Positions 25,612 to 39,941 of a DNA stretch of 64,000 nt are shown here, piece by piece. Positions within the stretch are counted from its first letter, which is position 1, and the number at the start of each line of letters is the position of its first letter. Where the stretch lies: NCBI GenBank assembly GCA_951406725.2, contig OX597835.1, positions 42,160,001-42,224,000 of the forward strand, written 5' to 3'. The position numbers and the translations under genes were made by a program. The stretch is from Octopus vulgaris (Eukaryota). The notes under the pieces were generated by a model. It was not told the origin of the DNA, searched no databases, and saw only the letters and a list, made by a program, of their open reading frames with translations.

Positions 25612-26162
25612 TAAACAGTCACATCATTGAAATCTCAAAGCTACATAGTAATGCATAACTGATTTCTATCAATGTAAATAAATAAAATTACATTTGACAG
25701 AGTAATCTGAATGCTGAAAGGTTAAACCAGTCATGTCCACCTGCAATTTTCCACCAGTTTAATGTTCAAAACTGGTCATATCTAGCCTCTCACACTTACC
25801 CTACAATGTCATTCTAAAAATAAACTAAAAATAAGCAATCACGTCATCTTTGAAATCCTGAAGCTATTAGATAATACATGATTAATTCAAAACATTGGGA
25901 ATAAATAAACAGGAGTGGCTGTGTGGTAAGTAGCTTGCTTACCAACCACATGGTTCTGGGTTCATTCCCACTGCGTGGCACCTTGGGCAAGTGTCTTCTA
26001 CTATAGCCTCGGGCCGACCAAAGCCTTGTGAGTGGATTTGGTAGACAGAAACTGAAAGAAGCCCATCGTATATATGTATATATATATATATATATATATA
26101 ATAAATATTAGGGAATAAATCCAAATTTACAGGGAAAAATCAGATTTAGGATTGAATCCAAA

Positions 26163-26216
<54 letters not shown>

Positions 26217-26574
26217 TGTGTGTGTATATGTTTGTGTGTCTGTGTTTGTCCCCCTAACATTGCTTGACAACCGATGCTGATATGTTTACATCCCCGTAAC
26301 ATAGTGGTTCGGCAAAAGAGACCAATAGAATAAGTACTAGGCTTACAAAGAATAAGTCCTGTGGTCGATTTGCTCGACTAAAGGCAGTGCTCCAGCATGG
26401 CCACAGTCAAATGACTGAAACAAGTAAAAGTGTAAAGAGCACACACACACAAACATACCCACCCCCACACAAATACACACATGCACACACAAATGCATGT
26501 GTGCGCACACACACACACACTCATAACCAAAGGGTATAGGACATGCATGCTACTGTAGTTAATCCGTGTCACAA

Positions 26575-26745
26575 TTGTGGGACAGATAACTCAATATCCT
26601 TGTAGTCCAGTTAGTGTCAGAGTATTCAACACCCTTGACCAGCCCCATACGAAAACTCGTCCTTTCCAAACATTGGTTCTGACTGTCCTCCTCAGCAGCA
26701 CTGAGACCTGGACCATCCTCAAACAAGACCTGAATAAGCTCAAGG
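26575..26745 (+). mobile_element. RTE-type LINE ORF2 remnant
   Basis: TKTRPFQTLVLTVLLSSTETWTILKQDLNKLKV resembles the post-RT LLYG.E.W motif. Confidence 0.6.
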
Positions 26746-29700
26746 TAATTTATCGTCCTCGAAAGGCTGAAAGGCAAAGTCGACCTCAGTGGAATTTGAA
26801 CTCAGAATGTAAAGACAGACAAAATACCACTAAGTATTTCACCCAGTGTGCTAACGTTTCTACCAGCTCACCACCAGTTCTCTTTTTATTGATAAGTCCT
26901 TGTGTTTTCCCCTATCGCTAACTGTAGCCCAACCTAGTTTGTGTAGTCGTACATAACACCAGCCCTGATTGTGGCTGCCATCGTTACGAGGGTGTTGCAT
27001 GAAACCCGACACCATGAAATATATCTGCGATGGATTGGAGAGATAAATGAGACGATTATACCAACTTACCTTGACTCAAATATCATTGATTCTAAATACG
27101 AGTCATGAGTCACTGACTCTACCAAATACCATTGCCTCATGGAGTCATGTTACTGATTAAGTACTTAGATTTTATTAATCTTTAACCTTTAATTTTTATC
27201 TTTAACTTGTTTCAGTCGTTAGACTGTGGCCATGCTGGGGCACTGCCGCGAAGGGTTTTTGCTCAACAATTCAATCCCAGTATCTTTCTTTTCTTTTCTT
27301 TTCTTTTTTATTTTTAAAGTCTGGTACTTGTTCTCGCGGTCTATAAATTTACATGGATGTAAACAAACCAACACCAGTTGTCAAGTAGTGGTGGTGGGAG
27401 GTAAACACAGAGATGATACACACTCACATGTACACACACACACACACACATGCACAGATATATATGTATACATACATATATGTGTGTGTACATCCATACA
27501 TGTGTGTGTGTGTGTGCACATACACGCATACGTGTGTTCATGTGCATGTGTGTATACACTCACATACATATACACACACGTGTGTGATGGGCTTCTTTCA
27601 CTTTCCATTTACCAAATTTTTCTCACAAGTTTTTGGTTGGTACAATGCTATAATGGAAAACACTTGCCCTAGGTACTGCACTGTGAGACTGAACCCAAGA
27701 CCTCATAGTTGAGAAGCTGTTTCTTACCCACACAGCCACACTTGTATATCACATAACTACAAATAATATTTTCTCTCTCTTCTACACCCAAAACTCCATT
27801 AATAATATATATATAAATATATATATTTATATATTTGAAGGCGGTGAGCTGGCAGAAACGTTAGCATGCCGGGCAAAATGCGTAGCCGTATTTCATCTGC
27901 TGTTACGTTCTGAGTTCGAATACTGCCGAGGTCGACTTTGCCTTTCATCCTTTCGGGGTCGATAAATTAAGTACCAGTTACGCACTGGAGTCGATGTAAT
28001 CGACTTAATCCGTTTGTCTGTCCTTGTTTGTCCCCCCTGTGTTTAGCCCCTTGTGGGTAGTAAAGAAATAGGTATTTCATCTGTCTTTACGTTCTGAGTT
28101 CAAATTTTGCCGAGGTCGACTTTGCTTTTCTTCCTTTCGGGATCGATAAATTAAGTACCAGTTACGCACTTGAGTCGATGTAATCGACTTAATCCGTTTG
28201 TCTGTCCTTGTTTGTCCCCTCTCTGTTTAGCCCCTTGTGGGTAGTAAAGAAATTTATATAAATATATAGATATAGATATAGATCAGACATGTCAAGCTAA
28301 GCAAAACTGCTGTCTCCCACACATACAAGCTTGTGCTTCCAGGTGCCACTGCCACGTAGAAAGCAACCATACGAGAGGTACATAAAAAGCACTCAGCACA
28401 CTCTGTTAAGTCGTTGGCATTAGGAAGGGCATCTAGCCATTGATATTATTATTAGGTGCAGGTGTGGCTATATAGTTTTAGGTTCAATCCCACTGCATAG
28501 CATCTAGGGCATGTGTCTTCTACTATAGCCTTTTCTACTCTAGGTACAAGGCCCGAAATTTTGGGGTGGGGGCCAGTCAATTGGATCGACCCCAGTATGC
28601 AACTGGTACTTAATTTATAAGGCAGTGAGCTGGCAGAAACGTTAGCACGCTGGGCGAAATGCTTAGCAGTATTTCGTCTGCCGCTACGTTCTGAATTCAA
28701 ATTCCGCCAAGGTCGACTTTGCCTTTCATCCTTTTGGGGTCGATAAATTAAGTACCAGTTACACACTGGGGTCGATATAATCGACTTAATCCGTTTGTCT
28801 GTCCTTGATTGTCCTCTCTGTGTTTAGCCCCTTGTGGGTAGTAAAGAAATTGTTACTTAATTTATCAACCCCGAAAGGATGAAAGGCAAAGACAACCTTG
28901 GCAGAATTTGAACTCAGAAGTAAAGACAGACGAAATACTGCTAAGCATTTTGCCCGGCATGCTAACGATCCTGCTAGCTTGCCGCCTTCTACTATAGCCT
29001 TGGGCTGGCCAAAGCTTTGTGAGTGGATTTGATTGATGGAAACTGAAAGAAACCTGTCATATACATATGTATGTATCTATGTGTGCCTGCCTTTGTGTCT
29101 GTATTTGTCCCCCATCACTACTCGACAGCCTTTGTTGGGTGGGTTTACGTCCCCGTAACTTAGTGGTTCAGCGAAAGAGACTAAGTAAGTACTAGGCTTT
29201 AAAAAAGAAGTCCTGGGGTTGATTTGTTCAACTAGAACCCTTCAAAGCATTGCCCCCGCATGGCCTCAGTAAAAAATGACTGAAACAAGGAAAAGATATA
29301 TATGTATATATATATTATCACTATGGACTCCATGTGGGAAGTCATCTAAAAGTTTTTGTTCGTCATGATGCTGACATAGGTTCCTTGTTTTTCCTGATGA
29401 GAAGACAGCATAATGCACCCTTTATTCCTTCGGAATTAAGAATATGCAGTCTTCGAGACATATGTCGAGAATAAAGGAATTTTGTTAAATTGTCGTTCGA
29501 CTACATTCTTTCATTTATCTATAGTAAAAAAACACACAAATTTCCACACGAAAGCACGTGATTTCTGCCCTTGGCATGTAGCTTCAACCGTGCTTTATGA
29601 CGTAAATTTGCTACCCGGGTATCGGTTAACCGAATTATCCATACTAGGATAATTCATTCAACTACTTATATATATGTATATATATATATACGTATACATA

Positions 29701-29994
29701 TATATGTCAGGTTTGTGTGTGTTTGAGTATAGATAAAATACAGATTTATTTTTAACTTCTGTGTTGTTGTCTGGCAACCGACCATAACAAACAGGTTATG
29801 CCTTCTAAAATGTCAATGTTTAAACTTTTCAAACTACAATTTGTAATGAAGCCGCATCGTTAAAAGAAATTAATTGTAAGTGGATCTTCAGCTTTATTTA
29901 ATTGCTGTTGTTGTTGTTATTGTTATTATTATTATTATTACTTCGTATTTGCACAACAGATTAGACTGTTGGGAAAAAAAAAATTCTAACATCA

Positions 29995-30150
29995 GGCTAC
30001 AACGCGTAACCTTAGATACCAAGAACCTTCCAAGTTCCTAGCCATCCCTAATGATACTAATTTTTTCCTGGAATGGCACCAGGTTTTCTGCTTATTTCTT
30101 CGATCCATCTGTTCAATTTTTTAGGAATAGTTCCTAACTCACACATAACC
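29995..30150 (-). mobile_element. R4/Dong-like LINE 3' fragment adjoining a long (ATT)n tract
   Basis: ELGTIPKKLNRWIEEI is the C-terminal motif. It abuts the 30151-30388 (ATT/ATC)n array. Confidence 0.6.
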
Positions 30151-30151
30151 A

Positions 30152-30284
<133 letters not shown>

Positions 30285-30898
30285 CATCATCATCATCATC
30301 ATCATTATTATTATTATTATTATTATCATTATTATTATTATTATTATTATTATCATTATTATTATTATTATTATTATTATTGTTATTGAGTGAAAGAGAG
30401 CACAGTGCATGCTATCAAAGTGAGACTGGTGTAGAATATACAAAGCCCAGTATACCCATCATGACTACCCGTCTGATAAGGGTACACCAGGCACATGCAT
30501 CACAACCATATATGCACAACATAGTGGTCTCATATCAAGATAAACAGTGCACGACCTTGCAGGTGGGGGCCCACTTAGAATTTTATTAGTTTTATCATCA
30601 TTATTATCATCATCATCATCATCATCATCATCATTGTCATTATTATTATTAAGGTGGTGACCTGGCAGAATTGTTAGAATTCTGGGTGGAATGCTTAGTG
30701 GCATTTTGTCTATCGTTACGTTCTGAGTTCAAATTCTCCCAAGGTTGACTTTACCTTTCATCCTTTCAGGGGTCGATAAATTAAGTACCAGTCAAGTACT
30801 GGGGTCAACGTGATCGATTGTCCCTCTCCCCACAAGAACCCCAGGCTTTGTGCCTATAGTAGAAATGATTGTCATTATTGTTATTATTGTCGTTTCAG

Positions 30899-30961
30899 AT
30901 TTTAATAGTAAAAGGTGAAACTTGTATCCTGCTTGAAAATTCCGATCCAGCCAAATGGAAA
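30899..30961 (+). CDS. Plakin-family gene, exon E, SH3 insert (ILIVKGETCILLENSDPAKWK)
   Basis: Acceptor cgtttcag, donor AAA|gtaagt, 63 nt, phase 0/0. KG[ED].C.L..N....KWK is the plakin SH3 signature. Confidence 0.9.
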
Positions 30962-31259
30962 GTAAGTATTTGAAGACATAGCCAACACCACTTGACAGTG
31001 CTGTTTTTTATTATGTTTTTATGTGACTGAGTCTGAAAAGGGAGTAACACCACACCCACGACGAGTGGCTGGGAAGAAACTAGGTTTCAGGTGTTACTAA
31101 AGCTGGGGGCTGCTTATGAAAATATTGGGTTTGACAATCTCTGGCCAGAGGAGACCTGCTCCGAATGCTTGTGATAGAGTTGACTCTACAAAATGCACCA
31201 AGGACCAAAGAGGGTTGAAAACTCGTAAAAAATGCATCAAGGACTGGATGAGGGTGATA

Positions 31260-31688
31260 AACTCTGTTAAATGCTCAAAGGGCCAAATGGGGATTTTAAA
31301 CTCTGTTAAATGCTCAAAGGGTCAGATGGGGATTTTAAACTCTGTTAAATGCTCAAAGGGTCAGATGGGGATTTTAAACTCTGTTAAATGCTCAAAGGGT
31401 CAGATGGGGATTTTAAACTCTGTTAAATGCTCAAAGGGTCAGATGGGGATTTTAAACTCTGTTAAATGCTCAAAGGGTCAGATGGGGATTTTAAACTCTG
31501 TTAAAGGCTCAAAGGGCCAAATGGGGATTTTAAACTCTGTTAAAGGCTCAAAGGGTCAGATGGGGATTTTAAACTCTGTTAAAGGCTCAAAAGGTCAGAT
31601 GGGGATTTTAAACTCTGTTAAATGCTCAAAGGGTCAGATGGGGATTTTAAACTCTGTTAAATGTTCAAAGGGCCAAATGGAGGTATTA
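31260..31688. repeat. 39-bp minisatellite, 11 copies
   Basis: Unit aactctgttaaa[t/g]gctcaaagggtcagatggggatttta, near-identical copies, with degenerate copies on both flanks. Confidence 0.95.
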
Positions 31689-32437
31689 AACTCTACTAAA
31701 TGTATCATTGACAAGATAGAGGCGTTAAACCAAAAAAATGGATTAAATGGTTCTCCATGTGTGATACCTACAGGTATTGGAGATCATAGACCTCCATGCT
31801 GAATTTTGAAGATTCAGGAATTTCTTTGGGAAAGATACAGCAGGGGTTTCTTGGTGCCTTTTGTCAGTTTGCTTGCAGCTTACTTTACTAGTCTCATTCT
31901 CTCTTCAGTTTTCCTTTGAGGCACAGGGCTTATTTAAACATGTGGTAGAGGATGAGTTCATATGACATCAGGGCCTGCATAATACTTTGGTGGGTCTGCA
32001 TGCCACACATTTAGGGACCAGTGGTTTCCTGATACCTTCTTCTAGAAGCCTGACAGAATAAACTTTGAATAAACCCAATTTCTGCCAGTTTACTTGAAGC
32101 TTACTCTGCTAGTCTCCAGTTCCCCTGAGATTACCTATGATGCACAGGGGTCTGTTTAACCCTTAAACAGGGAGGCTTGTTCACATGATATCAGGACATG
32201 TCCACACATCAGTGGGTTTGTGTAACATGTATCTAGGGACCAGCTCTCCTTTGAGCCTACTATGCCTTAGCCACAGGGCTATCCTCTGCTTTGGGACCCA
32301 TAACAATGGCCCCTAACAGGTACCACCATCCTGGGGTCAGAGTAGACCAGGGTGTAATTGTAATTAAGGTGATGATGGTGAGGGGGACTGAAACTTCTGA
32401 ACTTCCAAGCTGGAGCCTCAGCATCAGATCCGGTAAT

Positions 32438-32657
32438 TTAAACCTTTAGCATGTAAACTGGCCCTATCCCACTCAAATATTCTTTCTGTTCTATGATAAA
32501 ACTGACCTGATCCAGCCTTTCACACCTATCCTACAATGTTATTCTAAAAATAACATTCACATCATCAAAATCTCGAAGCTATGAGATAATGCAGTATTTA
32601 TTCCAAACAATGTGAAAAAATAAGCATTTAACAAAATAGTGTGAATGCTAAAGGGTT
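32438..32657. mobile_element. About 220-bp non-autonomous repeat with piggyBac-like ends, representative copy
   Basis: Ends taaacctttagcat...atgctaaagggtta; core cacacctaccctacaatgtcattctaaaa. Clustered copies at about 24980-25910, 32690-33345 and 34590-34960. Confidence 0.6.
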
Positions 32658-34058
32658 AGGCCAGCGATATCTGGGGCCAGATATTCTGTTTCATGTTCAA
32701 ATTGGCCAGATCTATCTTTCCACAGTTACCCTATAATGGTGTTCAATGTGAATAAATAAGCTTTTACATTTGATGAAGAAATCTGAATGTTAAAGGCTGA
32801 AATACTCTCCTGGTTCAAATTAGCCTGATCTGGACTCTCACACTTATCCCAAAATGTCATTCTAAAAATTAACAATTACATATTATTGAAATTTCAAAGC
32901 TATGAAACAGTGCATGATTAATTCAAAACAATATGAACAAGAGCATTCAGAGAGCGCAAACCTCTGCCAAGGCAACACCAATGTCCTCTCAATGATTAGC
33001 CAGAGATGATTTTTAAAATGAGAATATCCGAAATAAACTCGACTGCTCTCACAAACGAGAATACTAAAAATGAACCTGACTACTCCCAAAAATTAGGTAA
33101 AAAAACAGGAAAATCATCCAGAATTCTTGTCCAGTACTGGATCGATTCCAGAATCTAATCAGTTTGTGCCAATCACGAGGCCAAACATCCCTGAAAGTTT
33201 CATCCAAATCCATCCAGTGCTTCTTGAGATATCTTGTGTCCATGGACAAACAAACAAACACGACTGAAAACATCTCTGCCTTCACTAAGGTGGAGGTAAT
33301 AAACAAGTATGACATATGCCAGTAATCTGAATGCTAAAGGATTAAAGTCGTTCAAGCAATATGATCATCATCATCGTTTAACGTCCGCTTTCCATGCTAG
33401 CATGGGTTGGACGATTTTGACTGAGGGCTGGTGAACCAGATGGCTGCACCAAGCTCCAATCTTGATCTGGCAGGGTTTCTACAGTTGGATGCCCTTCCTA
33501 ACACCAACCACTCCGAGAGTGTCGTGGGTGCTTTTTACATGCCACCAGCACGGGGGCCAGTCAGGCGGTACTGGCAACGACTTCGCTGGAATCTTTTTTA
33601 CACATGCCAGTGGCACAGGTGCCAGTAAGGTGACGTTGGTAACTTGGTAATGATCACGCTCGAATGGTGCCCTTTTACATTCCACGGCATGGGAGCCGGT
33701 CAGGCGGTACTGGCAATGACCTTGCTCGAATCTTTTTGCACATGCCACTGGCACAGGTGCCAGTAAGGCGACATTGGTAACTTGGTAACGATCACGCTTG
33801 AATGGTGCCCTTTTACATGCCACCGGCATGGAAGCCAGTTGGCTGCTCTGGCAACGATCACGCTCAGATGGTGCTCTTGGCACCCTACTAGCCCAAATAT
33901 TCTCCTGGTATTATCCTCCTTGCTCTGTAAGCTAAAGGGTTAATTTTAGAGATTTTTCCCCTCGTTAGTTCAAACGTTTGACATATAACTCTTTTATGAA
34001 ACAAATCAAATGATGTCTTTATTGAGGAAGAATTATAAAAAATGTCTTTTATTCTCAG

Positions 34059-34150
34059 ATAAGAAATTGTCGTGGCAAAGAAGGTGAAGTTCCTGCAATT
34101 CTTTTAGTCATTCCACCTCCTCATTCTGAAGCCTGCAATGAAGCCTCAAG
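34059..34150 (+). CDS. Plakin-family gene, exon F, SH3 end (IRNCRGKEGEVPAILLVIPPPHSEACNEAS[R])
   Basis: Acceptor ttattctcag, donor AG|gtaaga, 92 nt, phase 0/2. The G.E..VP....IPPP..EA motif matches plakins. Confidence 0.92.
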
Positions 34151-35162
34151 GTAAGAATTTCACTTCGTCTTTCCTGTCTTTTACTTGTTCCGGTCATTGG
34201 GCTGCGTGCGGCCATGCTGGAGCACTACTGTGAAGGGTTTACTCAAACAAATCGACTCTGGTGCTTATTTTTTTTTTTTGTCTAGTACTTATTTTATCAG
34301 TTTCTTTTGCTAAACTGCTAGGTCACAGGGACATAAACAAAACAACACCAATTGTCAAGCAGTAGAGGGACAGACAGACAGACACACACACACATGCACG
34401 TGCACTCACACCACAGACCACCACACATTTCTGTCTACCAGATTCCCTCACAAAGCATTGGTCAGCCCAAGTCTATAAAGAAGATACTCACTCAAGATGC
34501 TGCGTAGTGAGACTGAACTCAAAGCTACGTAGTTTGGAAGCAAGTTTCTGAAACACAGACATAGATCTCAAAGCGACAGAGTGATCTGAATGCTGAAGGC
34601 CAAATATTCTATCTATTTCACATTCAAATCAGCCACATTCAGCCTCTCACACCTACCCTACAATGTCATTCTAAAATTAAACAATCACATCATTGAAATC
34701 TCATAGCTACAAGATAATGCATAATTAATTCAAAACAACGTGGATAGATAAGCATTATATTTGACAGACTAATCTGACTTGTTTTATGTTCAAAGTGTCA
34801 AGATCTGGCCTTTTACACGTACCTTACAATGTCATTCTAAAATTAAACAATCACATCATTGAAATCTCATAGCTATGAGATAATACGTGATTAATTCAAT
34901 ATAGTCTGAATAACTAAGCGTTACATTTGAGGCAGTAATCTAAATGCTAAAATGTTAAACCAGTCAGATCTGGTTCAGATATTCTGTTTTTTGCCTGTTA
35001 AAATTTCTTAATTCTTTCAGATTCCTAAAAATCATGTTTTCCATTTAGAGAAATCTTCAATATTTTGTTTTTGCAATAATCTACATTCTACAGTAATTTC
35101 TCCCTCTTAATTAATTATCCTGCAATTTTCTTACAAACATATCTCTTTTTTTTGTTTAAAAG

Positions 35163-35268
35163 GCTTCGTCAACAAATGGTTGTTCTATGGAGAGCTGCTC
35201 AGCCTTTACTCAGACAACACATAATGACATTCCTCAGTAAAATTGCGAAAGACACTCAAACCAAGCAG
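35163..35268 (+). CDS. Plakin-family gene, exon G ([R]LRQQMVVLWRAAQPLLRQHIMTFLSKIAKDTQTKQ)
   Basis: Acceptor ttttgtttaaaag, donor CAG|gtaaat, 106 nt, phase 2/0, completing the split Arg codon from exon F. The L..Q...LW pattern fits the post-SH3 helix. Confidence 0.85.
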
Positions 35269-35292
35269 GTAAATTCTTCATTTTATTTCAAA

Positions 35293-35770
35293 CTAGCAGT
35301 ATAACCCAGCTTTACCCGGGATTAAGTTAGGATTATTAAGCTAATCAAGTTCTTTATTTCAAACCAAATTAAGTAACATTGATGTCAAATTTGGGTGAAA
35401 TCCGTTGAAATCGGTTTATATATATATATATATATATATGGGCAACACACACACATACGGACGTACACCTATTGCATGCATACATGTTCATTGTATGCAT
35501 ACGTTTGTGTGTGTGTGTGTGTGTTGCTGGTATATCAACAAAACACTTTTTTCCTAAATGGAAAAAACAACAGAAGTCTTAACAAAAACTTACTCGTCGC
35601 TAGAAAGGGACTTAACTCCAGTTAGCAAACAGTGGTGACTTCTCCGACTTGGAAATTGTTAAAAGTTTTGGTTGAAAATTTATTTTTACTGCTATTCGCT
35701 GGTGCCTCTGGGAAAAATAAGTCGACGAAAATACGGGTAGGGTCATGACGAATGTCCTCCTAAAATTGGA
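35293..35770 (-). mobile_element. Possible non-autonomous Helitron
   Basis: On the minus strand a hairpin cccgggtaaagctggg precedes CTAG|T at about 35293. The 5' end is not defined. Confidence 0.4.
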
Positions 35771-36145
35771 GCGACATGCTTGCTAATTTGTGGATATGCA
35801 TAAATTACATACACGTGTAGTTGTGATACCTGTGCCGATGGCACGTAAGAAGCACCATCCGAATGTGGCCAATGCCAGCGCCACCTTGACTGGCTTCCGT
35901 GGCGGTGGCATGTAAAAAGCATCAACTGATCGTGACCGTTGCAAGCCTCCCCTGGCACCTGTGCCGGTGGCACATAAACAGTACCTACTACACTCACAGA
36001 GTGGTTGGTGTTAGGAAGGGCATCCAGCTGTAGAAACACTGCCAGATCAGACTGGAGCCTGGTGCAGCCTCCTGGCTTCCCAGACCCCATTCGAACCATC
36101 CAACCCATGCTAGCATGGAAAGCAGACGTTAAACGATGATGATGG

Positions 36146-36177
<32 letters not shown>

Positions 36178-37222
36178 TATATATATCTTTATCTTGTACT
36201 TGCTTCAGTCATTAGCCTGTGGCCATGCTTAATTATTTTTTAAAGCTTGGCACTTACTCAGTTTCTCTTACCAAACTGCTAAGTTACAGGGATGTAAACC
36301 TGCCAACACCGGTTGTCAAGCAGTGGTGGGGACAATTACACACGCACACACACACATGCATATGTATATGTGCAACAGGCTTCTTTCAGTTTTCGTTTAC
36401 CACCAAATTCACCCCCAAGATTTTGGTCGGCCTGAGGCTGTAGTAGAAGATACTTGCCCAAGGTGTCATGTAGTGGGACTGAACCTGGAACCATGCGGCT
36501 GCGAAGCAAACTTCTTACCATACAGCCATGCCTCTGTGTGTGTGTGTGTGTATATATAAGGTGGCATGCTGGCAAGAATGTTAGCATGCCGGGCGGAATA
36601 CTTTGCGGCATTTCGTCTGCCGTTACGTCCTGAGTTCAAATTCTGCTGAGGTTGACTTTGCCTTTCATCCTTTAGGGGTTGATAAATTAAGTACCGGTTG
36701 CGTACTGGAGTCAATCTAATCAATCTAAGCCCCCTCCCCAAAATTTTCGGGTCTTGTACCTAGAAATGTGTGTGTGTGTATGTATATACATATATGTGTG
36801 TGTTCGGGACCCCCTCCGGTCACGACACTGACCATGAGATTGCACCTAGAAAGTTACCCTCCTAGTAACAAGTCTGGGCAAGGTGGTTTATGGAAGACCA
36901 GCAGTCGCCCATGCATACCGGTTTCCCCTCTCCACGCCACCAGTGTTATTCAAGGGAAAGACAAAGGTCGATACAGCTTGGCACCAGTGACGTCGCAACT
37001 CATTTCTACAACGTGAAGTAAAGTGTCTTGCTCAAGAACACAACACGCAGCCCGGTACGGGATTCGAGCTGACAACCTCACGATCGTAAGCTCGACGCTC
37101 TAACCACTGAGCCATGCGCCTTCACATGAGTGTGTATCTATATATATTTATTACCTTTGTATGGTATTTATTCCCATGCTGGCTACTAGATGAGATCGAT
37201 ATTATCCTTATTTATAAATATA

Positions 37223-37281
<59 letters not shown>

Positions 37282-38122
37282 ATTATATCATTTATAATAG
37301 ATAAATGCTCGTATTTGTGTTTGTGGCCTTCATAGTCTTCCGGAAGACAAAGTTAGGTTATCTCCCTTTTACCTGCTGTTAGCGTCTCTCATCTCTTGTC
37401 GACTGCAATTAGTGACACCTGTTGCAAGGGAGAGAAGCGGGGTTTTTCACCTGGACCAGGTGCAATAGTATTAATACAGTACCGTTTGTATTATTGACCC
37501 CTGCTTAGTACAACTTAGATATTATAAATAGGACAGCAATTCTCGTTAGATTAGTAACCGTTGTCACACACCTACTCACACACATTCTCTCTTTCTTTCT
37601 CTACTTCCACACAGACGCACATCGGGCATACACTGTCTTTTCTTGCAATTTTTTCGTTTACTGGTTTTAGTCATTAGACTGTGGCCATGCTGTAGCACCA
37701 CCTTGAAGAATTTTTAGCCAAACAAATCGAGCCCACTACTTATTTTTTTTATTTTAAAGCCCAGCTCTTTTTGCCAAACCGCTTATTTACAGGGACGTAA
37801 ACACACCAACGCTGGTTGTTAATTGGTCGTGGGGAACAAACACGCACACACACGCTCTTTTATTCTTTTACTTGTTTCAGTCTTTTGACTGCGGCCATAC
37901 TGGAGCACCACCTTTAATCAAACAGATTGTAAGCCTAGTACTTATTCTATCGGTCACTTTTGCCGAACTGCTAGATCACGGGAACGTAAACACACCAACA
38001 GCGGTTGTCAAGCGACAGTGGGGAGACAAGCACACACATATATCATCATCATCATGTAACGCCACTTTTCCATGCTAGCATGGGTTGGACTGGGGTCTGG
38101 GAAGCCAGGAGGCTGCACCAGG

Positions 38123-38157
<35 letters not shown>

Positions 38158-39017
38158 GAAGCTAGGAGGCTGCACCAGGCTTATATATATATATATATAT
38201 GTGCCTGGTGCACTCTGCTGGCTTCCCAGACTCCAGCTTCTTGTAGTTTCTGTGTACCAAATCCACTTAAAGTGCTTTGGTTGTCCCGAGGCTATAGTAG
38301 AAAACGCTTGCCCAAGGTGCCACGCAGTGGGACTGAACTTGGAGCCATTAAAAAAAGGTTTCTTACAGTTTCCATGTACGAAATCCACTCACAAGGCCTT
38401 GGTTAGCATGAGCCTATAGTAGAAGACATTTATGAAGGTTCTATGCAGTGGGATTGAACCCAGAACCTTGTGGTTGCAAAGCAAGCTTCTTGCAGCTTAA
38501 GATATGATTATAAAGGTCAACATTGTGTCCTCACAGCTAGTGGACCATAGTTATTATGACATACACAAAAGTGGCAAGTTGGCTAAATCGTTAGCATGCC
38601 AGGCAAAATGTTAAGTGGCATTTCATCTTTCTTTAAGTTCTGAGTTCAAACTCCACTGGGGTCGACTTTGCCTTTCATCCTTTTGGGGTTGATAAAGAAA
38701 AGTACCAGTTGATTACTGGGGCTGATGTAATCAATTAGTCCCCTTCTCCAAAATTTCAGCCTTGTGCCTTTAGTAGAAAGGATTATTATTATTATTATTA
38801 TTTAAGGCAGCAAACTGGCAGAATTGTTAGAACATCAGGCAAAATGCTTAACAGTATTTTGTCCGTCTTTATGTTCCGCGTTCCAATTCTGCTGAGGTCA
38901 GCTTTGCCTTTCATCCTTTTGGAGTCAATAAATTAAGTACCAGTGAAATACTGGGGTTGATGTAATTGACTTGTCCCTTCCCCACAAATTTCAGGCCATG
39001 TACCTTTATTAGAAAGG

Positions 39018-39070
<53 letters not shown>

Positions 39071-39479
39071 GGTAGTGAGCTGGCAGAATTGTTAGCATAC
39101 TGTGCAAAATGCTTCGTGGAATTTCATGTCTGTATGTTCTGAGTTCAAATTCCACTGAGGTTGACTTTGCCTTTTATCCTTTCAGTGTCGATGAAATAAA
39201 TGCCATTGAAACAGAGGGGGTCAATGTAATCGCCTTATCCCTTCCCACAAAATTTCGGCCCTTGTGTCTATAGTAGAAGGCATTACAACACACACACATT
39301 CCTACTTATTCACGCACTCACACATACACTTGCGCACACTCATTAAAACTCTCACAGACACACATTTTAAGAGGCTTCAAATATATTCAGGAAATCTTCA
39401 AAAAATTTCTCTCTAATTAACAAATAAAATTTATCCTCATGTTTTCTTTCTGCTATAAACCCCTCTCCTCCCCATCTCC

Positions 39480-39506
39480 CAAGTAGTAGTAGTAGTAGTA
39501 GTAGTG

Positions 39507-39574
<68 letters not shown>

Positions 39575-39647
39575 GGTAGTAGTAGTAGTTGTAGTGGTAG
39601 TAGTAGTAGTGGTTGTAGTAGTAGTAGTCGTAGTAATAGTAGTGGTT

Positions 39648-39683
<36 letters not shown>

Positions 39684-39740
39684 ATAGTATTGGTTGTAGT
39701 AGTAGTAGTAGTAGTAGTTGTTGTTGTTGTAGTAGTAGTG

Positions 39741-39785
<45 letters not shown>

Positions 39786-39786
39786 T
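39480..39786. repeat. (TAG)n microsatellite
   Basis: Directly visible. Confidence 0.95.
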
Positions 39787-39941
39787 TTCAGGGGAACAAA
39801 CTCTGAAACTGACGTCTGTTTGTAAAAGAACACACCCATGTCTGTGAGTGCGTGTGTGTGTGTATATAGGATGTGGTGAATAAACTGTCATCTAAATTAT
39901 GCAGAAATGAAAATAACACTGATATCTCATTTTAACAGATA

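Noticed and set aside
31260-31688. CRISPR-like array
   Set aside because: Units are head-to-tail with no unique spacers, the context is eukaryotic, and there are no cas genes.
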